IMG/VR virus record: IMGVR_UViG_3300034418_012856
Span: 1-64,000 of that record
Origin: a virus
Strand: one strand, 5' to 3'
DNA: 64,000 bases
The position numbers and the translations under genes are program-made. The notes beneath the pieces were generated by a model. The model was not told where the DNA came from, searched no databases, and saw nothing but the letters and a program-made list of their open reading frames with translations. Within the stretch, counting starts at the first letter, position 1, and the number at the start of each line of letters is the position of its first letter. Shown here in pieces: positions 10,651 through 19,687 of the stretch.

Positions 10651-10710
10651 GATATATAGTATTACTACTCGGGGAGCATTCAAAAATGCTCGTTTCGGTT
10701 TAGATATATA
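10651..10710 (+). promoter_or_regulatory. two tandem GATATATA late promoters (10651, 10703) flanking a 7-bp hairpin (10674-10691)
   Basis: GATATATAGT twice; GAGCATT-CAAA-AATGCTC between them; upstream of the sheath gene. Confidence 0.6.
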
Positions 10711-10737
10711 GTAGGCAAAAATATCTCTTGTACAATA

Positions 10738-13700
10738 ATGGCAAAGAAAATCAAACTGGATTTATCCCAATTTAAAGCATCAGGAGTCTATACGCTGGAA
10801 TTTGACGCATCAGAAAATGTAATTCTAACGTCACAGACGATCCGACTGGTGGTGGGATTTTCGAATAAAGGACCTTTTAATGCTCCTGTGTATTTACCAG
10901 ATGTAACTACAGCAGTGGCAGTTTTTGGAGAAATAGACAAAACGTTAGAAGCTAAAGGATCTTATTTCCACAGATCAATATTCGCTTGTTTAAATACCGG
11001 ACCGGTGTTTGCACTGAATCTTTTAAGCTTAAATGATAACCTAGATAGCCCAACAGCTGATGTTGTAAATTACTTTGGGTATTCGATTGATACTGAGCAA
11101 TCTAATGGTGTTTTAACCTCTAGATTGTATTCTTCCTTCTATAATAAAGAGAGATTTTGGTTTGCCGATACTAATTACTTCTTAGCCACACTTTCAGCGG
11201 TTGATACAGGTAGATTATTCAACTTGGTTAACCTTGGAAAAGAAGCTATGAGCGTTATAGTAAGGAAATCCACTGATGCTAACCCGCCATTGCAAGGTTT
11301 TGATGTTTTTGCGCTTGATTGGTATGGAGCTGACAATGTTCCGAGCTTTATGCACCCGTATGATTATATCTCTGATTATTTTATAGACGTTATATCAGTT
11401 TCGGGCGATTGGACTGACTATGAGACACTATCTCTGGATCCAAAATGGAGTTCTTTCTTTACAAGAAATGGATTTATAAAGAGTCAAATTAATAACTTCT
11501 TATCACAGCCGGACGTTAATATTTTAACTTCAACTACCGGATGTTTGATTCCGGATTTTGTGGATCTAAACGGAAATAATCAGTACATCCAAACGCTTAT
11601 AAATAATAACACCCCTTCTACAGGACTATTCTGTGCAGTAGATGAGGATGCTATGGATGACCTTTGTAATAATCCGTATAAGATCGATCTTGTAGGGCAC
11701 CATTTAATTGATGAGCTTACAGCTGATAGAGATATAGTTGATGCAAGATTAAATTTCTTAAGTTATGATCAGAACCTTACTGCTGATTACTTATACACGC
11801 AGAATTTAACAACTATTACCGCTGCTACTGGTGGATCACCAGATTCTATTAATGTCGGTACCTTGTTTACTGTAGGTGCTACTTCAACCTACGGAATCGG
11901 AGCTAGTGCTTTTAACGCATATGATGCTTCTCTTAAATATGGAGGATTACACTACATAGTAACAAACAGTGGTGTAACAGGAGCTTCCCTGACAACCGCA
12001 GAAAAGAACGAGCTTGTTAGTTTCGCAACTCCAAGCGCAACATCTTCCCCGTATATTATAGGTACTGTTACTGGATTATCTGGATTAACTGGATCTGTGA
12101 TTAACCAATTCTCTGAAAATGATTTGGTAAAATTGAAGATTTCCGGTGCAATTCAAACCTCTGGTCAGGTACTACTAACGTGGACACACCCGTTGGATAC
12201 TACGTCTTACGCAGCTCAAGGGGTAAGCGTTGTACCATATACTAATTTAGTTGGTGCAACTTCTGGCAATGTATCTGCTGATTATTATCAAATAGCATCT
12301 TCGGATTACCTAGATATAATTAGTGTTGATCCAGCAACAGGTGCTACCGCTGGTACCCCTAATAACGTATTAACTGGACAGCTTTCAACAAACTTCTACC
12401 AAGATCTTTTGTACGGTGAATTGGAAGACGGTGACCAAATTTGGTTGAATGATACAGGAAGTTCTGTTAATTACCTTTCTTACGAATCTACTGTTGATAG
12501 GGATCAGTTTAAGGTCTCTTACGCCAGAACGTTTAGCAATATATCTAGGCAAAGCCCAGATCAGCTTACTGACTATCCTGCATTCGGATCTGTTTATGCA
12601 TCGGACAATATTGGTGCTTCTGTAAGTGCTGGTAAAACAGACATCATATCTTCCGTTGGATCGATTAATCAGTTTGTTAATATAATAACTCAAATTGACC
12701 CAACTAACTTTACGATATCTTCTACACCTTCTTCTCCTATCTCAGTTGGTGATTTGATAGTATCTACTGATCTTGATATCTGTGAAACTGTTGGAAGTAA
12801 TAGACAAAATAGATTGACTAAGGTAACTGCTGTATCTCAGACCGCTACTGCTAATGTAGTACAGGTCACTACAGCTAGACCAGTTTACTATTACGCTGGA
12901 ACTCCTATACAGGTCCAAAAGTTCAAATCAATACCTCAATTTACAAGGTCTTTTGATTTCACTTACCTACAAGGATTTACCATGAGGGATTCTCACAGAC
13001 CGAATGGAACTGATGCTAGGGTTTCTGAATTACTTGATGTAATGTATAATACAAACATTGCAGCAACTCTTGCCGCTAAGGATGTTATCTCTTTCAGATA
13101 CATTGTAGATACATTTAGCGGTCAGATCTTACCTAACTCGAAATACCAGTTAAGTAAGCTTGCAATGATGAGACAAAAGGCTTTGGCACTTATCAATGCT
13201 CCTTCTATGAGTCAGTTTAGGGCATCGACAGATCCTAGATTTACCGATGCACCTACACAAACGAATCCATACCCATCTCTGAAATCTCAATACATTGCAG
13301 AAGGTGGTAACCTTTCCCTGAATCCTTCCTACACATTCAGTTTACCGACGGAAGATCAGGGTGCTAAGTACGCAGCTTTCTATACCCCTTATTTGACATT
13401 AAGGGAAAATAATAGAAATGTAAACGTACCACCAGCAGCATACATTTCCAACAACTTTGTTAGAAAGTTTGCAAACGGCGAACCTTACAGTATTATTGCA
13501 GGTCAGAAAAGAGGGGTTATTTCGGGGCAAAACTTGGTAGGTCTTGAATATGACTTTACTGATGAAGATAGAGGTTGGTTGGAGCCAGTAGGGCTTAACC
13601 CTATTATTAAGAAAAGAGGCCTTGGTGTGGTTGTGTTTGGAAACCAAACCGCATATCAAACAGTTAACTCAGCATTTAATCTTGTACACGTGAGGGACCT

Positions 13701-14013
13701 TCTCATAAGTGTAGAGAATGATGTTGAAGAAATTATGGCTAACTACCTATTCGACTTTAACGAGGATTCAATTAGACTAGAGATTAAGACTTTGGTTGAT
13801 AACTACCTTGATGGTGTAAGAGCTGGTGGAGGTATTTATGCTTATCAGGTAATTATGGATTCTTCAAATAATCCACCATCAATTATCGATCAGAACATTG
13901 GTATAATTGATGTGATTATCGAACCTGCTAGGGGTATCCAGAAGTTCATTAACAGAATCACTGTTACTAGAACAGGTGGTATCGCAGCTGGAGGATTTAT
14001 TCAGTTTGCTTAA
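10738..14013 (+). CDS. gp18: contractile tail sheath protein with large insertion
   Basis: SGVYTLEFD, GFSNKGPFNAP, VPPAAY, AGQKRG, LNPII, VFGNQT, VRDLL, FDFNE, C-terminal IEPARGIQKF. Confidence 0.92.
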   Translation: MAKKIKLDLSQFKASGVYTLEFDASENVILTSQTIRLVVGFSNKGPFNAPVYLPDVTTAVAVFGEIDKTLEAKGSYFHRSIFACLNTGPVFALNLLSLNDNLDSPTADVVNYFGYSIDTEQSNGVLTSRLYSSFYNKERFWFADTNYFLATLSAVDTGRLFNLVNLGKEAMSVIVRKSTDANPPLQGFDVFALDWYGADNVPSFMHPYDYISDYFIDVISVSGDWTDYETLSLDPKWSSFFTRNGFIKSQINNFLSQPDVNILTSTTGCLIPDFVDLNGNNQYIQTLINNNTPSTGLFCAVDEDAMDDLCNNPYKIDLVGHHLIDELTADRDIVDARLNFLSYDQNLTADYLYTQNLTTITAATGGSPDSINVGTLFTVGATSTYGIGASAFNAYDASLKYGGLHYIVTNSGVTGASLTTAEKNELVSFATPSATSSPYIIGTVTGLSGLTGSVINQFSENDLVKLKISGAIQTSGQVLLTWTHPLDTTSYAAQGVSVVPYTNLVGATSGNVSADYYQIASSDYLDIISVDPATGATAGTPNNVLTGQLSTNFYQDLLYGELEDGDQIWLNDTGSSVNYLSYESTVDRDQFKVSYARTFSNISRQSPDQLTDYPAFGSVYASDNIGASVSAGKTDIISSVGSINQFVNIITQIDPTNFTISSTPSSPISVGDLIVSTDLDICETVGSNRQNRLTKVTAVSQTATANVVQVTTARPVYYYAGTPIQVQKFKSIPQFTRSFDFTYLQGFTMRDSHRPNGTDARVSELLDVMYNTNIAATLAAKDVISFRYIVDTFSGQILPNSKYQLSKLAMMRQKALALINAPSMSQFRASTDPRFTDAPTQTNPYPSLKSQYIAEGGNLSLNPSYTFSLPTEDQGAKYAAFYTPYLTLRENNRNVNVPPAAYISNNFVRKFANGEPYSIIAGQKRGVISGQNLVGLEYDFTDEDRGWLEPVGLNPIIKKRGLGVVVFGNQTAYQTVNSAFNLVHVRDLLISVENDVEEIMANYLFDFNEDSIRLEIKTLVDNYLDGVRAGGGIYAYQVIMDSSNNPPSIIDQNIGIIDVIIEPARGIQKFINRITVTRTGGIAAGGFIQFA

Positions 14014-14034
14014 TTTGACAAAATAGAAAATTTG

Positions 14035-14042
14035 GATAAATA
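14035..14042 (+). promoter_or_regulatory. putative late promoter variant GATAAATA
   Basis: One mismatch to GATATATA; upstream of the tail tube genes. Confidence 0.5.
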
Positions 14043-14063
14043 TAAAAAAAGGATAAGAACTAA

Positions 14064-14618
14064 ATGGCTGGCTTACCACATTATCAAAACTCAATAAACT
14101 CGGTAAACAAATTTGAGCCGGTTTATCTCAATCAGTTTGAGGTAAATGTGATTCCCCCAGCTGCAGTAGCTGGTGGTCCTGTTTTGCTTGAGCATGTTAT
14201 TTCAGTAGATGGTTTAGAGGTTGATAAGAATCCAAGTTTTGTTTCTCAGAAGTATAAATTCGCCAAAAGAAACTATGCTGGTGGTAAGCCAGATACTACT
14301 ACTCTTGATCTGGGGCTTAAATTTACAGTTAACCTGGATGATGCTAATTCCATGTATGTTTTTAAGACACTTAGACAGTGGACAGACCTTATTTATAATC
14401 CTTTGACTGGAGCTCAAGGTATTAAAGCTGATTATACTGGAACTATAGTAGTCTCTGTTTTCAATAAAAATGGAGATGTATTTAGAAGAATTACACTTAA
14501 GGATTGCTTCCCACTCAAAGCGATAGATCCAATGGAACTAGAATATGTAAACGGGAATACCCTTTATGAAATTAGCATGACTTGGGCGGTTGATTATTGG
14601 GACGATCTTTTCTTATAA
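14064..14618 (+). CDS. tail tube protein, paralog 1 (gp19-like)
   Basis: Follows sheath; EPVYLNQFEV, LRQWTDLIYNPLTG, KADYTG, LKDCFP, DYWD. Confidence 0.85.
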   Translation: MAGLPHYQNSINSVNKFEPVYLNQFEVNVIPPAAVAGGPVLLEHVISVDGLEVDKNPSFVSQKYKFAKRNYAGGKPDTTTLDLGLKFTVNLDDANSMYVFKTLRQWTDLIYNPLTGAQGIKADYTGTIVVSVFNKNGDVFRRITLKDCFPLKAIDPMELEYVNGNTLYEISMTWAVDYWDDLFL

Positions 14619-14633
14619 AATAAAAAAAAGTAG

Positions 14634-15212
14634 ATGGCAGGTTTACCACATTTTAATAATTCAAAGGCAGCGAGAAATAATTATGAGCCGGTTTTCTTAA
14701 ACCAGTTTGAGGTTATTATTACCCCGCCTAATGGTATTAATCTATCAAATACTACATTCAGAGGCGAGACAATATTAACTCAGCAGGTAAAGAGTATTTC
14801 AGCATTACAAGTTGATATACAACCCTCTGATGCTGTTACACAATATTACAAGTTTGCTGAAAGAAGATATGCTGGAGGCGAGCCATCAACATCGGATGTT
14901 CAGTTCACTATGGATTTTGAAGTGAATCTTGACGATAATAATTCGATGACACTTTATAAGATATTGAGACAATGGTCTGATCTTATTTACAACCCTCTTA
15001 CAGGAGCAATGGGTTTAAAGAGGGATTATGTTGGATCTATGGTAGTCTCGGTTTTTAATAAGCAAGGTGACGTTTTCAGAAGGATAACCTTAAATAATTG
15101 TTTCTTGGTTGAGCCAATTACACCGATGACATTGTCTTACGATACTGGTGATGCACTTTATACAATTTCCACTACTTGGAAGTCAGATTACTGGAACGAC
15201 CTGTTCTTGTAA
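14634..15212 (+). CDS. tail tube protein, paralog 2 (gp19-like)
   Basis: Shares MAGLPH, EPV.LNQFEV, LRQW.DLIYNPLTGA.G, GDVFRRITL and DYW.DLFL with the preceding gene. Confidence 0.85.
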   Translation: MAGLPHFNNSKAARNNYEPVFLNQFEVIITPPNGINLSNTTFRGETILTQQVKSISALQVDIQPSDAVTQYYKFAERRYAGGEPSTSDVQFTMDFEVNLDDNNSMTLYKILRQWSDLIYNPLTGAMGLKRDYVGSMVVSVFNKQGDVFRRITLNNCFLVEPITPMTLSYDTGDALYTISTTWKSDYWNDLFL

Positions 15213-15214
15213 TT

Positions 15215-15242
15215 GGAACTTAATCACTAATTTTTTCTATAA
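15215..15242 (+). promoter_or_regulatory. putative ECF-type phage promoter GGAACT-N16-CTATAA
   Basis: Member of a recurrent bipartite motif; a GGTATATA late-like element follows at 15265. Confidence 0.55.
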
Positions 15243-15278
15243 TTTTTGATTTTTATACCCTAGTGGTATATAGAGAAA

Positions 15279-16316
15279 ATGACAAATATGTCTGATAAAA
15301 ATCTATCTCCTGAAGAAATCCTAAGAGAAAAAGAAATCTCCGGCGGAATAGTTTATGATGACCCCAATGGTCTAAATCTTGATACTGAGCTTTCCGGCAA
15401 TGTTTATAGTAAGGAATCTTCCCCGAAAACTAATGATTTACCCTCTGAACCTTTGGTTCAGGAAAGTGAGACTAGACCACTAGATCTTGGCTGGAAGAAT
15501 TTACCTATTGGTATGCTACCATCACAGGGACTTTTCTATCCTGAGAGTTCAAGGATAGCTATTAGACCTGCTGAGGTGAAGGAGATACGTCAATTTTCTA
15601 CTATTGATGAGGATGATATGCTTGACATAGACGATAAGCTAAATTATATTCTTGATTCTTGCTGCCGTATAAAATTTGATGAAAGTGGTGTAGTTTCCTA
15701 TAAGGATCTAAAACAAGAGGATAGATTTTTTATAATCATGGCTATTCGTGATTTAACATTTGTCCAGGGTGAAAATAGAATAATTGTAAACCCTGAAGGT
15801 GGGTGTACGACCAAGGGGTGTAATGGAATGGAAGGTATTGAGCTTAGAACAGGGGTTTTAAGCAACTATGATATAAATGAGGACCTAAAGAAGTTCTATT
15901 CGCATAGCGAGAGATGTTTTGTTTTCCCTATTAGAAGAATAGGGAAAACCATTAAGATGATACCACCATCCATTGGTGTTACAAAAGCAATATCCTCATT
16001 TGTAAGAGATGCTGTTAAAAGAGGAGACGAGGTTGACGAGAGTTTTATAAAAATTGCTCCTTTTTATTTAAGCGAGTGGCGGGGTTTGGATTATTTCAAG
16101 ATCAAGGAAGCCATGGTTTCTTCTTCTGAAGAATGGACTAAGGAGGAGTTTTCAGCTTATTTTGAATTAGCCGAAAGAATAAAAATTGGTACTGATCTTA
16201 AAATAAGAGTTAAATGTGACTCGTGCGGTGATGGGGAGGTCACCGCCCCAATTTACTTTCCCTCCGGGTTCAGATCTCTTTTCGTTATTTCAGATATCTT
16301 TAGAGAATTATTTTGA
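15279..16316 (+). CDS. baseplate hub / tail assembly protein (T4 gp26-like)
   Basis: LPSQGLFY, IRPAEVKE, DRFFIIMAIRDLT, Cys pairs (CTTKGC, KCDSCG); follows the tube genes. Confidence 0.65.
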   Translation: MTNMSDKNLSPEEILREKEISGGIVYDDPNGLNLDTELSGNVYSKESSPKTNDLPSEPLVQESETRPLDLGWKNLPIGMLPSQGLFYPESSRIAIRPAEVKEIRQFSTIDEDDMLDIDDKLNYILDSCCRIKFDESGVVSYKDLKQEDRFFIIMAIRDLTFVQGENRIIVNPEGGCTTKGCNGMEGIELRTGVLSNYDINEDLKKFYSHSERCFVFPIRRIGKTIKMIPPSIGVTKAISSFVRDAVKRGDEVDESFIKIAPFYLSEWRGLDYFKIKEAMVSSSEEWTKEEFSAYFELAERIKIGTDLKIRVKCDSCGDGEVTAPIYFPSGFRSLFVISDIFRELF

Positions 16317-16491
16317 TCTCAAATTTAGGCTCTGGAAAGAGCATGGACTAGATCCTTCCTGGGTAGAATCTATACCATTCTACGAATATCAAATTTGGAT
16401 TGATAAGTTGAATGATGCTGTAGAAAGGGAGAATAAGAAAAAACTTGAGGAGAGCGGACAAACTGAGGTGTTTAGCTTTGGTAATAAGTGA
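16231..16491 (+). CDS. gp51-like baseplate hub assembly protein (start uncertain, possibly reached by frameshift)
   Basis: SLENYFDLKFRLWKEHGL....VESIPFYEYQIWIDKL resembles T4-like gp51; overlaps the end of the gp26-like gene in the +1 frame. Confidence 0.6.
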   Translation: MGRSPPQFTFPPGSDLFSLFQISLENYFDLKFRLWKEHGLDPSWVESIPFYEYQIWIDKLNDAVERENKKKLEESGQTEVFSFGNK

Positions 16492-16505
16492 TTTTCTAAT
16501 TAAGT

Positions 16506-16513
16506 GATATATA
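16506..16513 (+). promoter_or_regulatory. putative late promoter GATATATA
   Basis: Intergenic, upstream of GTG at 16536. Confidence 0.6.
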
Positions 16514-16535
16514 ATTAGAAATAAAATCTCCGTTA

Positions 16536-17930
16536 GTGGCTGACTCCAATAAACTTCTCAAAGAACTAAGTAGCCTGAGTAGCAACTTTGATTCACTGTA
16601 CCAGGAACTAAAAGCTTCTGCTAAATCTAACGCTGAGTCATCAGAACAGGTTAAAGACTTGGTGACTGAGATGAAGAAGGGCAAATCCCCTTCGGGGGAA
16701 GATTTGAAAGGCATTTTTGAAAGCTTTACAAAATCCTTTTCGAAAACAATTGCAGATCAGAATGATCAAATACTTAAAGGTTTAACTGATAAAATCTCTC
16801 AATCTTTTACAGGTTCGGTTTCAAACTTTCTCGGGAATGTACCACAGCAAATAGCTCAAGTTAAATCTGGTCAGATGCCGGATTTCAAATCTATTTTAGG
16901 TGGTGATTCCATAAAGGGTATAATATCAAATGCAGCTTCAAAAATTCCAGGATTAGCTGACGGCGGTACTGTTGAAAGCAGTGGTATAGCTGTAGTTGGT
17001 GAGAAAGGTCCAGAACTTGTTGAGCTAAAGTCTGGAGACAAGGTTAGAACTAAAGAGGAGCAACTAATGGAGATGCTACTTGACGAAGAAAGGAGAAAAA
17101 ACGAAAAGCTAGGACGTGTAAGAAGGACTGGACCAACCGAGGAAGAGGTTGAAGCTTACAGAAAAGAACTATTGGCTGAAGATCCTGAATTTTATTCAGA
17201 TCCTGCAGAATTACAGGAGGAACTTGATTACTTTAGATCTGAACAAGGATATGATCTTGAAACCAGAGAGACATTTAGCCTTGAGGATCTTAATAAACTC
17301 AGCCGACCAGTTTCATCATCTGAGGTTTCCAGTACTACAGAGACATTTAGCCTTGAGGATCTTAATAAACTCAGCCGACCAGTTTCACCGTCTGAGGTTT
17401 CCAGTACTACAACCACTGTGAGTGATTCCCAGGAATTAAATAAATCTATAAATGTAAATTCTCCAGATAAGGTAGGATCCCCCGAGGAGAAAAATTCTAA
17501 ATTTAAAGACTTGCTAGGTAAAGCTAAAGAGATGGCTACTGAAAAGCTTAAAGAGGCACAAACAAAAGCTACCTCTACTATTTCTAACAGTGTTGCTGAG
17601 TTAAAAGAAAAGAGTCCTATCGTGCAGGCTAAAAATTCCGCTGAAGATATAAAAGCTCAAGTGGAAGAAAAAGTAGCATCAATTAGAGAGTCCCTAGGTA
17701 AGTCTTCAAATACCTCTGAGACACAATCTTCTAACACTCCGAGTACTCAAGTATCCTCAAGGAGAACGAATCTATCTACAGCGTCTAGTTCAGATTCTAA
17801 TGTTGGTTCAATGTCTTCTGAAGATGTCAAAGAAATGAAATCGCTTCTTGCAGCCATATATCAAACCTTAAGAGGTCCGTTGACGATTGCAAACGATTTA
17901 CCTTTTAGACCTAACTCAAACAATTTCTAA
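16536..17930 (+). CDS. tail-associated protein, tape-measure/hub-like
   Basis: Helical low-complexity protein with GLADGGTV...VVGEKGPELV, a motif common in tape-measure proteins; position after tube and chaperone-like genes. Confidence 0.45.
   Translation: MADSNKLLKELSSLSSNFDSLYQELKASAKSNAESSEQVKDLVTEMKKGKSPSGEDLKGIFESFTKSFSKTIADQNDQILKGLTDKISQSFTGSVSNFLGNVPQQIAQVKSGQMPDFKSILGGDSIKGIISNAASKIPGLADGGTVESSGIAVVGEKGPELVELKSGDKVRTKEEQLMEMLLDEERRKNEKLGRVRRTGPTEEEVEAYRKELLAEDPEFYSDPAELQEELDYFRSEQGYDLETRETFSLEDLNKLSRPVSSSEVSSTTETFSLEDLNKLSRPVSPSEVSSTTTTVSDSQELNKSINVNSPDKVGSPEEKNSKFKDLLGKAKEMATEKLKEAQTKATSTISNSVAELKEKSPIVQAKNSAEDIKAQVEEKVASIRESLGKSSNTSETQSSNTPSTQVSSRRTNLSTASSSDSNVGSMSSEDVKEMKSLLAAIYQTLRGPLTIANDLPFRPNSNNF
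17267..17410 (+). repeat. 72-bp in-frame tandem duplication (2 copies)
   Basis: 17267-17338 and 17339-17410 differ only at TCATCA vs TCACCG; encode ETFSLEDLNKLSRPVS(S/P)SEVSSTT twice. Confidence 0.95.
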
Positions 17931-17972
17931 CAATTGTTTATAAGTTCATTTTTTCCCAACGCAGGGAAATCT

Positions 17973-17980
17973 TATATTTG
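17973..17980 (+). promoter_or_regulatory. Bacteroidota-type -7 promoter element TAnnTTTG (TATATTTG)
   Basis: Intergenic, upstream of the dCMP deaminase / ECF sigma operon. Confidence 0.5.
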
Positions 17981-18013
17981 TTTCACAACTACTTTTTTTA
18001 AACCGAATCGTCC

Positions 18014-18574
18014 ATGGAAGAAACTTTTATTGGTTCTGAAATATTCTTTTCCCAGGAATATTCAGCACAGGGGAATTACTGGATAGCTAGTCCCTCCCTT
18101 GGTAAAGTAATAACCTCAAAAAACAATTTTGATGAAATAAGCGAAACCTTTTATTCTTTGAAGGATAGGAAGATGGACAGGGTCTATCTAGAAATGGCAA
18201 AGGTGTGGGCAACAAATTCTTACTGTGAGCGAATGAAGGTAGGTAGCTTGATAGTTAAGGATAAGTCAATCATCTCAGATGGGTATAATGGATCTCCGAC
18301 AGGATTTCCAAACATTTGTGAAGATGCTTCTCACGTTACACTTCCCCACGTTTTACATGCGGAAGCTAATGCAATTACTAAATTGGCCAAGAGCACTCAA
18401 AGCTCTGATGGAGCTACACTTTATGTTACTGTGTCTCCGTGTTTTGAATGCTCTAAATTGATCATCCAGAGTGGGATAAAAAGATTAGTGTTCAAGGAGT
18501 TATATAGAAAACTTGAATCTCTCAAGTTTTTGTTTGACGCTGGAATTGAGCTTGTTAGATTAAATAATAAATAA
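18014..18574 (+). CDS. dCMP deaminase
   Basis: KVGSLIVKD..IISDGYNG, HAEANAI, PCFECSKLIIQSGI zinc motifs. Confidence 0.92.
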   Translation: MEETFIGSEIFFSQEYSAQGNYWIASPSLGKVITSKNNFDEISETFYSLKDRKMDRVYLEMAKVWATNSYCERMKVGSLIVKDKSIISDGYNGSPTGFPNICEDASHVTLPHVLHAEANAITKLAKSTQSSDGATLYVTVSPCFECSKLIIQSGIKRLVFKELYRKLESLKFLFDAGIELVRLNNK

Positions 18575-18608
18575 GGGGTTAAAAAGGGAATTTACTAAGG
18601 GGAAATAA

Positions 18609-19226
18609 ATGGCAAAAGAAAAAAATATACAGGTTCTGGCTGAGAGTTTCATCCAGACCAGAGGCGAGAGGGAATTTAAACCTCTCTATGAAAGAGTAAA
18701 GCCAGGTGTCTTAAATCACTGTTTTGGCATTCTTAAGGACTTTGAATTAGCTGAGGATGCATTTTTAAATGCAATGTCGAAAGTTTGGCAAAAGATAGAT
18801 CAATACGATAGCGAAAGAGGTAACTTTTCTACTTGGTGTTATAACATTGCTAGGAACGAATCCCTTCTTTTACTGAAAAGCAGAAAAAGATACATTTCAC
18901 AGACTTCCGAAGAGATGGAATATACCTCAGCAAAGCATGAGGAAAAAAATCCATCCTATGATATTGAGGAAGATCCCCTATGGGATTTCTTATGTGGTGG
19001 TAACGATATTGATGACGTTTATGAACAGGTTATCGATGAGATTAAGGAACTTCCAGACATCTACAGGGATATAATGATTGATCGCGAGATTAATGGGATG
19101 AAATACAAAGATATCGCGGACAAGTACAATATTAAAAAGAGATCCATTGCTACCAGAATACGTAGGGCCAGAACCAAAATTCGTAAGAAAATGGAAGATG
19201 CAATGGGAAAATCTGATTTCAAGTAA
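18609..19226 (+). CDS. ECF-like RNA polymerase sigma-70 factor
   Basis: Region 2 (AEDAFLNAMSKVW..FSTWCYNIARNE) and region 4 HTH (LPDIYR..GMKYKDIADKYNI..TRIRRAR). Confidence 0.88.
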   Translation: MAKEKNIQVLAESFIQTRGEREFKPLYERVKPGVLNHCFGILKDFELAEDAFLNAMSKVWQKIDQYDSERGNFSTWCYNIARNESLLLLKSRKRYISQTSEEMEYTSAKHEEKNPSYDIEEDPLWDFLCGGNDIDDVYEQVIDEIKELPDIYRDIMIDREINGMKYKDIADKYNIKKRSIATRIRRARTKIRKKMEDAMGKSDFK

Positions 19227-19687
19227 TGTGGAATATATTAGCAATATTTAGAATTTTCAAGGTTCTTAAGGAACTGAGAATTTATTCGCAGTATAGATCT
19301 ACTGTGAAGGAGGAGAGCATGAATTCTCCCTTTTGGACAAGGCTTAGACTTAGGTACGATTGGCTTAGGAGAATTTACACTGTGATTAATCTACCACCAG
19401 AGGTTACAATGTCTCGAGAGTTTCCTGTGGATGCTAGGCCTGCATATGTTTTTGAAGAACTTAAGGGTGTAAATGATTACCTCACCAAGCTGAATCTCCA
19501 GGAGATAATTACCCCTGTGTTAAAGCCTCTCCCAGAAACAAACGGAGATTCTTATTTAGTAGTATATTATTTCTTTTTCCGTTATCTTTCTTGGATATGG
19601 ATATTTAGGTTTTTGTTAGAAATTACTGGAATTGTATTTTTGATATTGAAGTGGAATTTTTTGATAAGTTATTTTGGATTTGGATAA
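19226..19687 (+). CDS. hypothetical membrane protein
   Basis: Coupled to the sigma gene; hydrophobic C-terminal segment. Confidence 0.6.
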   Translation: MWNILAIFRIFKVLKELRIYSQYRSTVKEESMNSPFWTRLRLRYDWLRRIYTVINLPPEVTMSREFPVDARPAYVFEELKGVNDYLTKLNLQEIITPVLKPLPETNGDSYLVVYYFFFRYLSWIWIFRFLLEITGIVFLILKWNFLISYFGFG

